This document shows, piece after piece, positions 12,748 to 23,441 of a DNA stretch of 64,000 bases. A model generated the notes under the pieces. That model did no database searches and had not been told where the DNA came from. It saw nothing but the letters and a program-made list of their open reading frames with translations. A program made the position numbers and the translations under genes. The stretch is taken from the NCBI GenBank assembly GCA_036172245.1, contig JAYWIR010000038.1:1054001-1118000 (forward strand), given 5' to 3'. The stretch comes from Raillietiella orientalis (lineage: Eukaryota). Within the stretch, counting starts at the first letter, position 1, and each line of letters opens with the position of its first letter.

Positions 12748-13559
12748 TATTGGTCGCTTTTCGTTGCTCTCCCCGTTCCCTGCTGCTACTTTTGCCAAAG
12801 GTCGCCCACTTCGCGGTATCTCCGTTTCTCTTCGTCACACCTTCGTTCAACGCTCCTCCTACAGCATACCGACAACACTCTTTGGGGGCCACCGGAGAAA
12901 GCGTCGACGCCTGCCTTTAGGGGTTCCTCCACTCTTAAGGGCGAAAGCCGCCACCACCTCGGCCTCTGATTCGGAAAGGGGAATTTCCGTCGGGAGGTCT
13001 TCTCGGCATCCCATCGAGAAAAAAAGAACAGATCGAACAATTAGGATGCCACGCGCTGCATCTTGCGGCCCTCCATTCATCCTGCTTCCGCTTTCCGTTT
13101 CCTAGGCAGGGATCATTTTATCCTGGAAGAGCGAACAGCATCCCTTTTCCTTTTGCCTCACCTTCCTCTCCTTCAAAAGAACTCCCGGTCACGCATCCCG
13201 CAGCAATCAACCAGCCCTCGAAGGGAAAAAACGAAAAAATGTTCCTGGAACTTGGTTACCAGCTCTTCGGCAAATCTTCAGGTATTGCTGTTGTTTCCCA
13301 CTTCCGCATCCTGAAGGAGATCCATTCTTTTCAGCTGCCATGGGTAGCATCCACAGCGATTCACTCCTCATGACGGACCTCCAGCTAGCGCTCTCCTCTC
13401 GGCAGCAGCTTTGCCACAGGGGAAAGGAGTCCCGACGTGGATTCCTTATGTAAAGTAATGGATCCCCCCCCCCACACACACATGCGCTGAACACCCGCGC
13501 AAACAGATCCCTATCAATCCTCTCGCCCCACCCCGATTCCGGCAGAATTACATAGACAC

Positions 13560-14540
13560 ATTGATAAATGTATACGCATTAATAAATATATACATAAATA
13601 AATATATATATGTAAATATATATATTGACAAATATAAATATATAAATATTTACACATATATGTGTATGCTTACTAATATATCTTTATGAACACATTAATA
13701 TTTATTAATATATTAGCATATATTCATATAGATTTAATAGTATATGTATTAATGTAAACATATAGTAGTATATATATTTATACATATCTATTAGTGCATA
13801 TTTATACATATCGATTACTATACATCTATATATATTCATCAGTACATACATTTATATGTATTTATTAGTGTATACATATATATATTTCTTAATTTATATC
13901 TTTATATATATGCATGTGTATTAATGTATATTTAGTAGCATATATTAATATGGGTTTATATATTTCCTCATATGCATTCATTAGTATATATATATTCACA
14001 TATATTTCGTAATACATATATTTATATGTATGTGTATTAATATATATATTTAGTAGCATATATTAATTTGTGTTTGTTATTTTTAATACATGTTTATTTG
14101 TACATGTATTTGCATATATTTATGAGTTTATATATGTATTAATATATATATATCAATATATATTTAGAAGCATATATTAATATATGTTTATACATTTTTG
14201 GTGTATATTTATTAGTACATATGTTTATATATATTTATGAGTATCCATATTTATATGTATTTATTAGTATATATTTCTTAATTTATATACTTATATATAT
14301 GTGTGTGTATTAATGTATATTTAGTAGCATATATTAATATAGATTTAGAAGTGTATATTAATATAGGTTTGTATATTTTTCGTGTATATTTATTAGTACC
14401 TATGTTTATATATATTTATTAGCACATGTATTTATATGTATTTATTAGTACCTATATTTATATATATATTCATTAGTATACGTATTTATTATTATATAGA
14501 TGTTGGTGAATGTATATAAAAGTATATATTGTTAAATAAA
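13560..14540. repeat. ~1-kb extremely AT-rich degenerate minisatellite (TATA/TATG-rich)
   Basis: Motif TTAG(T/A)AGCATATATTAAT recurs at 13932, 14050, 14164 and 14321. ATATATTTCTTAATTTATAT recurs ~390 bp apart. Boundaries with the GC-rich flanks are abrupt. Confidence 0.85.
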
Positions 14541-15204
14541 CGTGTTTTTTTCTGTTCTCGTGCGTCCCGATGCAGCTGAACCAGAGGAAGGCTTGAAAGT
14601 CGGGGACTCGCCCGCAGCATCCGGGGGGAAGACTCAGCGCGAGCAGTGCATGGTTCCATGCTCGTTTACCTGGAATCCTGCAGCGAGCGCTCCCGCACAA
14701 CCCGGTGAGGACCATCTCTCGGATGGACCCCCGCAGCTCCTGCCGGTGGTCAGCTAGGAGTTGCCCCTGCAGAGCTTCTGGAGGTCGGTCCTCACGGGCG
14801 CGCTCGCCGTCGCACCGCACACACCCCGAACGGTTCGCTCCCGGGGACTTCGGCGGACCCCCCCCTTCCCTTCCCCAGTGCACTCAGGGGGGTCGCCTCG
14901 GAGGCAGTGGCAGCAAAGCGGGTGACTCCACGTTTCCTCGGGTCTTCTTCCCTCGCGGCACCCGTCGACACCACCGGGAGAGGACCGGCATCCTCCCGTA
15001 TCGCGCGCACCACTCGGGGAGAGCGGAGCGTTACCGGGCTGCAGCGTCCCGTCACTACGGATGGGCTCGAGGATGCGGGAGGCTCGGCACAACAGTCACT
15101 GCGTGGGATGCGCAGAAGCAGCCCGGTGGCGATCCCCCCAAAGGAATGGCTGGTGACCCCAAATTGCACCCGCGTCATCGACGCAGCGCGCGTCTTCCAA
15201 ACGC

Positions 15205-17090
15205 AGCGTGGTCTAGTGGCCCGCGTTGGCTGTCAGGCGCTGCTGTGCGTGGAGTCAGGCGTTGCGGGCTCGAATCCCGCTCGGGGAAGGGTAGACACCG
15301 AGAAATGGAGAGTGCGTCGAGGGTTTCGAGCCTCCCCGCAGGATGGCGCTGGTTGGCCCCGTTCGGCTTCCGGCGCAGCCACACTGGCGGAAGCCAGATG
15401 CCCCCGTTGACCGACCGTGTTGGAAGTTGACCCTCCGGGGTCCTTCCGGAACATCTGGGAACCCTTCGGGGTTCTCCTTCGGTAGGGAAAAGGAAACCGT
15501 TCTCCCCCTCGAGAGGGGCAACCCTCCATCGTGTACTATGGAGCTGGTTGATACCCCCTCGGGAGCTGGTTGCCTCTCCAGAGTGCTAAGAAGCGTGCTG
15601 CCCCCTCTTTGGAGGCTCCATTCAGAGTAACTGGGAAGGGTCCCTTCGGAGAGTTCTCTTCAGAGGAGGAGGAAACAAGGAGTGGATCCTTTCCTGGGGA
15701 TCCCTCTGGAGAAGAAGAAACGAGGAGTGTCCTCCCTTCCGGAGACTCCACCTCCAGAGAAAACAAGGAAGAAGAGGTTCTTTTCATGGTTACCTTCAGG
15801 GACGACCAGAATGGGGAGGGTTCCTTTTGGGGTTCCCCTATCAAGCGTGAGAGACGAGTGGACTCCTCCCCCCTTTCTGGACTCACAGGTTGGTCCCTCC
15901 GAAGTCAGTCCTAACTTGAAGCGAGCCCAGAGATGCAGCAACGACTGCTGCACTCCTTCGACAACAACCGCTCGCTGCAGCGCGCCATCGTGCAGCCCGT
16001 CACGTGTGTGAGTGGGCACAAAGAACCTCCCTAGCCGCGGCACTGTCCTCCTTCAGGGAGCACCTGGGCAGTAACCAGCTGGCTGAACGGGAGGTCAGTT
16101 ACGAAACAGGTCTTCGGATGAAGGAATTAGGTGATTGGACCACGGACCAACTCACGGACGCTGCGACCCCAAGTGCCCCACCGAAAGGACTATTGCTCTG
16201 GGGTGAGCTGCTGGAATCCCACAGGAGGACCTCGAGTGGCCCCCAGCGCTGAAGAACAACGAATCCTTCCCCTGAAGTGGCAGGAGTCGGCACTTCTGGT
16301 TTTGCACTGGGGCCTCCTGTGTAACTCCCTCCGCTCTCACTGTATCCAGGGGGATTGGACCCCAACTGTTGCAGCTGCGGGGAACAGGAATCCCAGCTCC
16401 CGCATTTGCTAGTAAGCTGTGTTGTCCACCACCCCCTGTGGTCGCGTTACGCAACGGCCCTTGGTGCTCCGACGGATAATCTCAGGGACGTGATGAGGCG
16501 CCTCTTCGTGCGCTATGACCTTTCTTCCGGTGCATCCCCAGCACCTCTTTGATGTTGCCTACGCGGGATTGGCGGCGGCCTGGAGTCACGCGAGAGGAGG
16601 ACGGCGCGATAGGGACGCCATTGACTTCGCCCTGCGCTTCCTGCGGACGGCAGCAAGATGGCCCCACTTGAGGCACACTCGGATGGAATTTGCCGGCATC
16701 CTGAAAAGGATGCAGAGGACACCCTCCAGAGGACAACGATCCCTCCCGTTTTTCCCCTCAGAGTTTTTTTTTTTTTTTAATTTTTGTTTTGTTTTCATTT
16801 TTGTTTGCCCTTCCGCTGCCGAGGCGGACCTCGCCGTCCTGCGCCTCGGTTCCTCGACCAGTTCCGAACCGTTTCTGACGATGTAGGGCCGATGGCCCTA
16901 CACGTGTATGTTTATTACTTTTTTTATAATAAACGTCCCGGCGTGGCCGGGTGGTAAACCTAACTTGAAGAGTCACACGCACCCTCCAGTGGCGTGGGTA
17001 GCGTGAAAGAGCTCTGTGAGTTTCCCCTAAGGCGGCGTGCGGTTCTTCAGCAGTTGGCGGACTCAGCGTCGTAGGTGTCCAGAAAAATTC
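15205..17090 (+). mobile_element. tRNA-headed long SINE, copy A (15205-15921 plus 16959-~17090), split by a LINE insertion
   Basis: A box TGGTCTAGTGG at 15209-15219 and B box GGCTCGAATCC at 15267-15277. The body aligns by eye with copies at 26095-26415, 28209-29231, 47490-47860 and 52810-53560. The tail TGAAGAGTCACACGCACCC...GAGCTCTGTG resumes after the LINE. Confidence 0.75.
15922..16958 (+). mobile_element. 5'-truncated L1/Tx1-like LINE (ORF2 C-terminal zf-RVT region plus T-rich 3' UTR)
   Basis: Frameshifted translation LPLKWQESALLVLHWGLLCN...DPNCCSCGEQESQLPHLLVSC...PLW is a CCHC zinc knuckle of L1-group ORF2. The element ends AATAAA-hairpin-AAA and is flanked by a perfect 12-bp TSD CCTAACTTGAAG (15910-15921 and 16959-16970). 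Confidence 0.85.
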
Positions 17091-20000
17091 GTTATTCTCT
17101 CGCCGTTGCATCCTTGGGATGGGACAATGGGGTGGGGGAGGGGGAGCAGAAGGTTTCACCTACGAACCACGGTCAACGAGGAGCTTGCTCGCATCACCAG
17201 GGAGATGCAAAGAAGACGCGGGAGCTCTCCACGAAACTCCCTCCCTCCCGCTCCCCTTCCCGAAAGCATGGCATTCCTTTTTTTTTTATATGTATATTAC
17301 TGTTCTTTTATTGTCTTTTTCCCGCTGTAACTCAGGGAGCAGCCGACCCAGAACTCTTCCTCCTGCTCATCGGGGGTTACGCAAAGAGCGAGCGCCCTGC
17401 CTGCACTCGGCGTAAACACCGCTTGTTTGTTGCGATTCTTGCAGTAAACACCCCGGTGGTGCAACCAGGTGTCGCGCCATCTTTCAGCTGCCGCCCTCGG
17501 AACGTGGCGAGGCGCGGTCTTCCCTCTTCGTCCGCATCGCTGTTCATCGACCCGTCATAGGTCGCCACGCGGGAACCCGGCGCGGGATTTTTTTGTTGCC
17601 TTGACCCTGCATCCTCGATTCCGACTGTCCTGTTTGCCGTGAGGTCTGCAGATCGAGGGCGGACCCAAGCAGATTCCCGCACTCTGCTTTCTGGACACTT
17701 CGTTGAGCGTCAGCTGTTTTTTGCTTTCTCGCTGCCTTCTCGGACAACTCCGATCTTCAAGAGGAACTAGTAAAGGAGGAAGAGAGAAAGATTCGGAAAC
17801 AAACCGGTCAGCGCCGAAGTCCAGGAGTGCATGGTGGACCTCGGGACGCTCTTGTTTCCTCTTTCGCATCCCGTTCCTGTGTTTCATCACGCATGCCCTG
17901 CTTGCTGGTTCTTTGCGCCCCTTGAGGGAGTGGGGACGTCTCCACTACAAGGACTGCCGAAAAATGGGTGTCTCCTGCCATCCCGTCCTGATCGAAGTGT
18001 TCCAAAAGACGAAAAAAAAAAGAAAAAAGGGAGCCCTGCAAAATGAGCAAAGGCTGTTTTTTCTTCCCGGAAGGCATTCCGGCTTCGGTGCGGGAGATTG
18101 CGCTTTCGGCAGCCTTCCTCCACGTTGTGTGTACTCAAGTGATAATGATGTTGTGTTTGGAGAAAGAGGCGTACACGAATACTGATTGCGCTGGGAGCTG
18201 TCTGCTTACACGAGGGCGCAGTTATTGCGGAGAGCACGGAACGTTCGAGAAATGATCACGGAAGGTGGAACTCTGTCTGCTTTTTTTTTTTCCAGCTCGT
18301 GGTTCCAACGCCTCAACGTGCGTGCTTTCCAGCCGGCTGGAAGCGAGTCACTGTGAGCGTTTGAACGCCTGGGCACGTCATCGTTTCTTTGCTGCCGGTC
18401 TCGGCGGGAGCTTCCCGCTTACGCGGAGAGGACCGCCGGGAAGAGGGCAGCGCGAAGCTCTCGTGAGAGTCCCGACTGCGAGATCTGAAGCGGTTCGGGT
18501 CGCATCCCCGTTCCTCCCGTTCCTGTTTCACTCTTCCGCAAGCCGGGGAGCCAGGCGGACCGGTTCCGCGAGTTTCCCGATCGCTCTGCGTCCAGACGGG
18601 AGATTTTCGGGAAACCGCTTTCTGCAGCTAAAATCTGCACCCGCTTTCGGAGGACGGAAAAGCGCGGAGGATAGAAGCTGACTGGCTCGGGGGTTCTGTA
18701 ACCAAAGCAGATTTCGGACCTCCGGAAGCGAAAATTCCGAATCACACATGCTTGAAGATGACGAGATATCCACAGGATCCGTGATAACGCACGAGGACAG
18801 ACAAGGAGCAGCAAAAAAAAAAAAAAAAAATAGAATCAAGGGAACACGTGTAAGATGGGGCCGCAGATAAAATCATCGAAAGTCGGCAACAACAAAAAAT
18901 ACCTCATGTGCTCATGTTTGCTCAAAGCGTTTGAGAAGTGCACTTCTGCGCGCGCGCCTTTATAAGGAGGCTTCCAACTCAAGGTTAGGCGATAGCGGAA
19001 GATTGCTCTTTCGGGTGACCAGGAGAGTGAGTCATTGGCGATTTTCTCCAGGGTAGGCGATCTGTGCTGACAGAGGGATCCAGAAGAGTAAACCCATGAG
19101 AGGTGGGAAACAGCACGCACCTGCACTGAAGATCGCAGCCAACAACGGACACGCGGTTTGTCAGGAATGAGGACAATAAATTGGCAGACGCAGCAACCAA
19201 AGAAAGAGAAACTGCGAAAAGGGAAAGCCAGCTTCTGAACCAGGTGTCCAGGACAGTCTGAGTAGCGTGCGCATGGTGCTCCCGCAAGTTCTTGCGGAAC
19301 AGGAAGAGATTACTATATGCGTGGGAGCCATAACTGGTGATCCAAACGACAGTGCAGCTAGACAGCCATTTTTCTTTGCGAATGCAAGCCTAAACCCTGA
19401 AGCAGTGCACATCCTTGAAATCATTCCTTCGGAGAAGACAGAAGAGCATCCCTTGCAGAAAAGTACCAGCATAGTTTGTAGCACGCGAGTTGTTGTGATC
19501 ATTCTCTTCTACTCTATCCACGTGCTGAGCAATAGAATGCACTCTAAAATAATCCAAAGGCTCAGTAGATAAATCCAGAAATCGATGATTGTTTTTTCTT
19601 TTTTTCCTCCCCCAAAGGCGGAGATGAAAGCAGGCCTCGATTTCCGAACTGATCGGCTTTTTATGAAACTTCTGACGGATGTGGCGGTTGAAAGAGGTTT
19701 CTATACCTTCCTGAGGAAAGATCTAGAAAGATGACGGAATAAACAAAGGAGCGTGGAAAAAATCCAAGGAAACTGACACTGGGATTCAGCCAGTAGCTGA
19801 GACAAACTGAAAGCTCAACTGTACGATCCGTCGGATTTTCGACCGACTTCCGGCAAAATGATCTCCGTTGAGGGAAACCTGGATTCGCTCCGAGTCAGGA
19901 GAATGGCACTTATGCCGAATGAAAGGCGTGATTCGAGTAATGTGAAAACATCCATGCATAGACTTGGAGAGAGCTCCTCTTTGTAGTATGTGTCCATGGA

Positions 20001-21768
20001 TGCAGTGTCCTTGTTTCTCATAGCGGCTGCAATACAGGACGTGTAATAATCTCATCCTTAAAATGGATCTCGCAGATTTTCTGTTGCCCTTTACCTTTCA
20101 TCGAGGCATTTCACATTCCTGAGACAGGAATGCTTGCCAAGTCTATAGACACACCTTGGCTATTCCTTCGCCGACTCCTTACTGTGACATTCCAGCCTGA
20201 AGTTTCTTAAGAGTTACGAATTTGCACAACGAAGCAAAGGATCTCTAATCTTAGATAAGAGGCACACGGAGTTTTTCGAAATTTCAGACCCACTGAAACG
20301 GTTTACAGTCCCTGTGAAAACCTCATGCTTTGCGGAATTTCTGGAAAAGTTTCGATAGTCAAGTGGAGCTGGATGACTTACCAAGTACATTGCTCAAGAT
20401 ACATTTGCTTTCAAGTTGTCTTCCTTTTGTTCTGGAGTCTTCTGACTGTAAGCATTTTAATCATATCTCGAAGATATGGATGAATCACAGTATCGTCAAA
20501 CATGGTCTACACTAAAACTAAAAACGCAAGACGAAAGGAACAAGCTCTTTTAACATAAATAAGTGAAAGGGCTCATAGGAAAACCAGAGTAAAATTTGCG
20601 ATTGATATTTGATATTCTTGATAATACTCGATCGATTCTATATCCCAGTTTTGATATCCTTCTCACAGTTTTCAATGATGGACTAGTGTACAAATGCCAG
20701 CTTTCATAATAGATGGAAAGGATTTAAGCAGAAGAGCAGTTGAGTGAGCTTTTGTAAATCTGATATACTCTAAAAGGCACTTTCAGTGGAGCTGTATTCA
20801 GGATTTCCTTTTACTGATTGTAGGAAAGTTAAAAAGTTCATCATCACAGTACTGTGAGTAATTATTGAGAATGATGCAGAGATATTATGGTCGTTAATGT
20901 TGATAATATAAGATTGTACAGATTTCATTACTTTGCACAAAATTTGACCTCAGTCATAAAATATACGTTCACTTTGCATGACACTTATACATAAGAAGTA
21001 ACATGAAAGTGCAATACACCTTCGCATAAAGAGAATTCGTGCAACACTACGAAAAAATTGTAGCAGATCTTACAACACGGTAAACAAGCCCCATACAACT
21101 CTGTGAATAAAATTAGAACCAAAGCAATAGAACTGCTTAAATTGATTAAGTAACAACAAAACTCGGCAAGTTTTTTTTTTTACTTTACATTAAATAAACA
21201 CTATTATTCTTTTAAAGTGAAGTAATGGACCTTGTACCTCTACAACGTTTACAATACATCTTGTATCTTTGCAAATACTATCAAATTCTCCATGTATAAC
21301 CTATAGGGTCCGCATAACGAGGAACTTCTATCCTGTGTAGTACTGGGTCAACTGTATGGTTTTGCAACTTGTTTGATTTCTTGCTTACTAAGGTGAACTA
21401 ATGGAGTTTCCATTGAGCATCGAGAGCTTTTCCATGATGAAGCACAAATAAGCTAATATCGTTGGCAATAACATGAGATAGTACTTGTCTTTATATTATA
21501 GGAGTACTTGTCTTTTCCTGTCCAATCCACAATCCACGAAAGCTATCTCTGAGAGTCGAATGCTAAAGGTTGGTAGGTTTTGTGAGATCCTGGCAATACT
21601 GAAATGAAATGTGTTCAATTCTCTGCGTTCAATTTTGATGTACCTAACTGGATTTCCTTCTATGTAGCACCTGGCTTTCTTTTCGAAAATATAATTGTTC
21701 TACAATATTATTGACCATAAGATGTATGCTTTTTTGTTTCCAAAATAAACTGCTTTTAGTTCATTTCA

Positions 21769-23441
21769 ATGAATAACTTGGGTGATGAAAATGAATTACA
21801 AAGTCTCACTGATAAGGTAATTTATGTTTTTTTGATCATGAGTTAAATATGACCTGTTATCCAAAAGGTAACCTTTTACATGGAATTACCCCTCTTTTTC
21901 CGGTGATTACAGTATAATGTTTAAATTTCGATTAACGAACAAAGACATTAATTTGTAGACACCAAACCAGATCCTTATTAACTATTTTCGTGCTCACTTC
22001 ATTTTATTGATTAAATACATATACTGTTTTACGTTCTTCTGTTTTGTTAGGAATTACAAGACAGAGTACGTACTCTGCAGAGAGATCTTGTGTATTTCAA
22101 GTCCATTTTGAAAAGACGTGGTCAGAAGAATTCCAAGATTAAGAAAGTTGTGCAGAGATCGAAAGAATTCGACTTCAGCAAGTGACGGAAATTTCTTTTA
22201 ACAATTTTCGATGCTGTTTTTCATCAGGCATAGCAAAAGGCACATTTTGCTGCATGTTATCTATGTGGGATGGGATTACAATGGATTAGCCGGTCAGAAT
22301 GATGAAGCAGACAAGACCATAGAAAAGGAACTGTTTGCTGCTCTTCAGAAGACCTGTCTTATTGAGAGCAGGCAAACTTCAGCTTATCATCGTTGTGGTA
22401 GGACAGACAAAGGTGTTAGTGCATTTGGCCAAGTGAGTGCATCCCTTGGTAGAATTCTGCCCAGCTGGAATTAGGTTATTTCTTTAGATGTGCGTTCTTC
22501 TCAGAGCAAGGAAATGGAACTACCTGCAAAATCCGAAATCAATTATCCCAAAGTATTGAATAGAGTACTTCCACAGGAAATCCGTATTGTTGGTTGGGCC
22601 CCTGTAGCTTCAGATTTCAGTGCACGATTTGATTGCAAGTACCGGCTGTACAAGTATTGGTTTCCACGTGGTAACTTGGATTTGGATGCAATGAGGAAAG
22701 CAGCCAACATACTGGTGGGCCATCATGACTTCCGAAATTTTTGCAAGCCAGATGTGACAAATGGTGTGACTAAATTTTGCCGTGACATACATTCTGTGAC
22801 CTTAAAGGAGTTGTGTCCTGATCATAAAGCATATGGACTATGTGAACTGAAGTTGCAAGGCCGAGGATTTTTGTGGCATCAAGTGCGTTTTATCGTCACG
22901 GTACTTCTGTTTGTTGGACATCAAGTGGAGAAGCCAGACATAGTAGAGCACATGTTAAATGTCAGCACTAACCCTTGGTAAGTGGCAGTGTATGTTGTCA
23001 ACAGCTGTTTTTAGCAAACCTCAATATCAACCAGCCCCAGCTTTCCCTTTATGTCTTTTTGATTGTCATTTTGGTGGTGTTGACTGGCATTATGATGTTT
23101 CTAACTTACAAGAGGTCATCAGATCTTTGCAGAAGTTGTGGTGCAATTATGCTATCAAGTAGGATTAAAGCATCCTTGTTGTTTTTATTGTGTCTGTCTG
23201 TAGAGCAACCATGCTGCATGCTATGTTGGGAGAATTGGAAGATGCAGTTTGCTCACGGAACAAGAGTGAACTTTCAGATATTTCCTTGATCCATGTGGTG
23301 CACAACAAACATTGTCCTCTTTTATTGCGTCCTACATGTAGTAGTCTGCTTGGTGCTGTACCGTGTGACCATGCACATTCTCACAGTGCATTGTCCAAAA
23401 CTCAGCTTGAGGAATCTCTTGTGGAGGAAAATGCTCTGTAG
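21769..23441 (+). CDS. PUS3: tRNA pseudouridine(38/39) synthase, TruA family; exons 21769-21816, 22051-22181, 22228-22432, 22475-22977, 23015-23158, 23204-~23441
   Basis: Motifs FDFSK, YVGWDYNG, catalytic CGRTDKGVSAFGQV, LNRVLP, FSARFDC, HDFRNFCK, GRGFLWHQVR, KPQY and PLCLFDC. GT-AG introns of 234, 46, 42, 37 and 45 nt keep the frame. The exact C-terminus is uncertain. Confidence 0.95.

Noticed and set aside
16875..16905. Hammerhead-like CTGACGA followed by a perfect 9-bp hairpin (TGTAGGGCC-GAT-GGCCCTACA)
   Set aside because: The required GAAA after stem II is absent (CGTG) and stems I/III cannot be formed; the hairpin is not seen in the other LINE copies.
21433..21552. C/D-box snoRNA candidate (ATGATGA ... 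CTGA)
   Set aside because: No terminal stem or recognisable rRNA antisense element; such motifs are expected by chance in AT-rich DNA.
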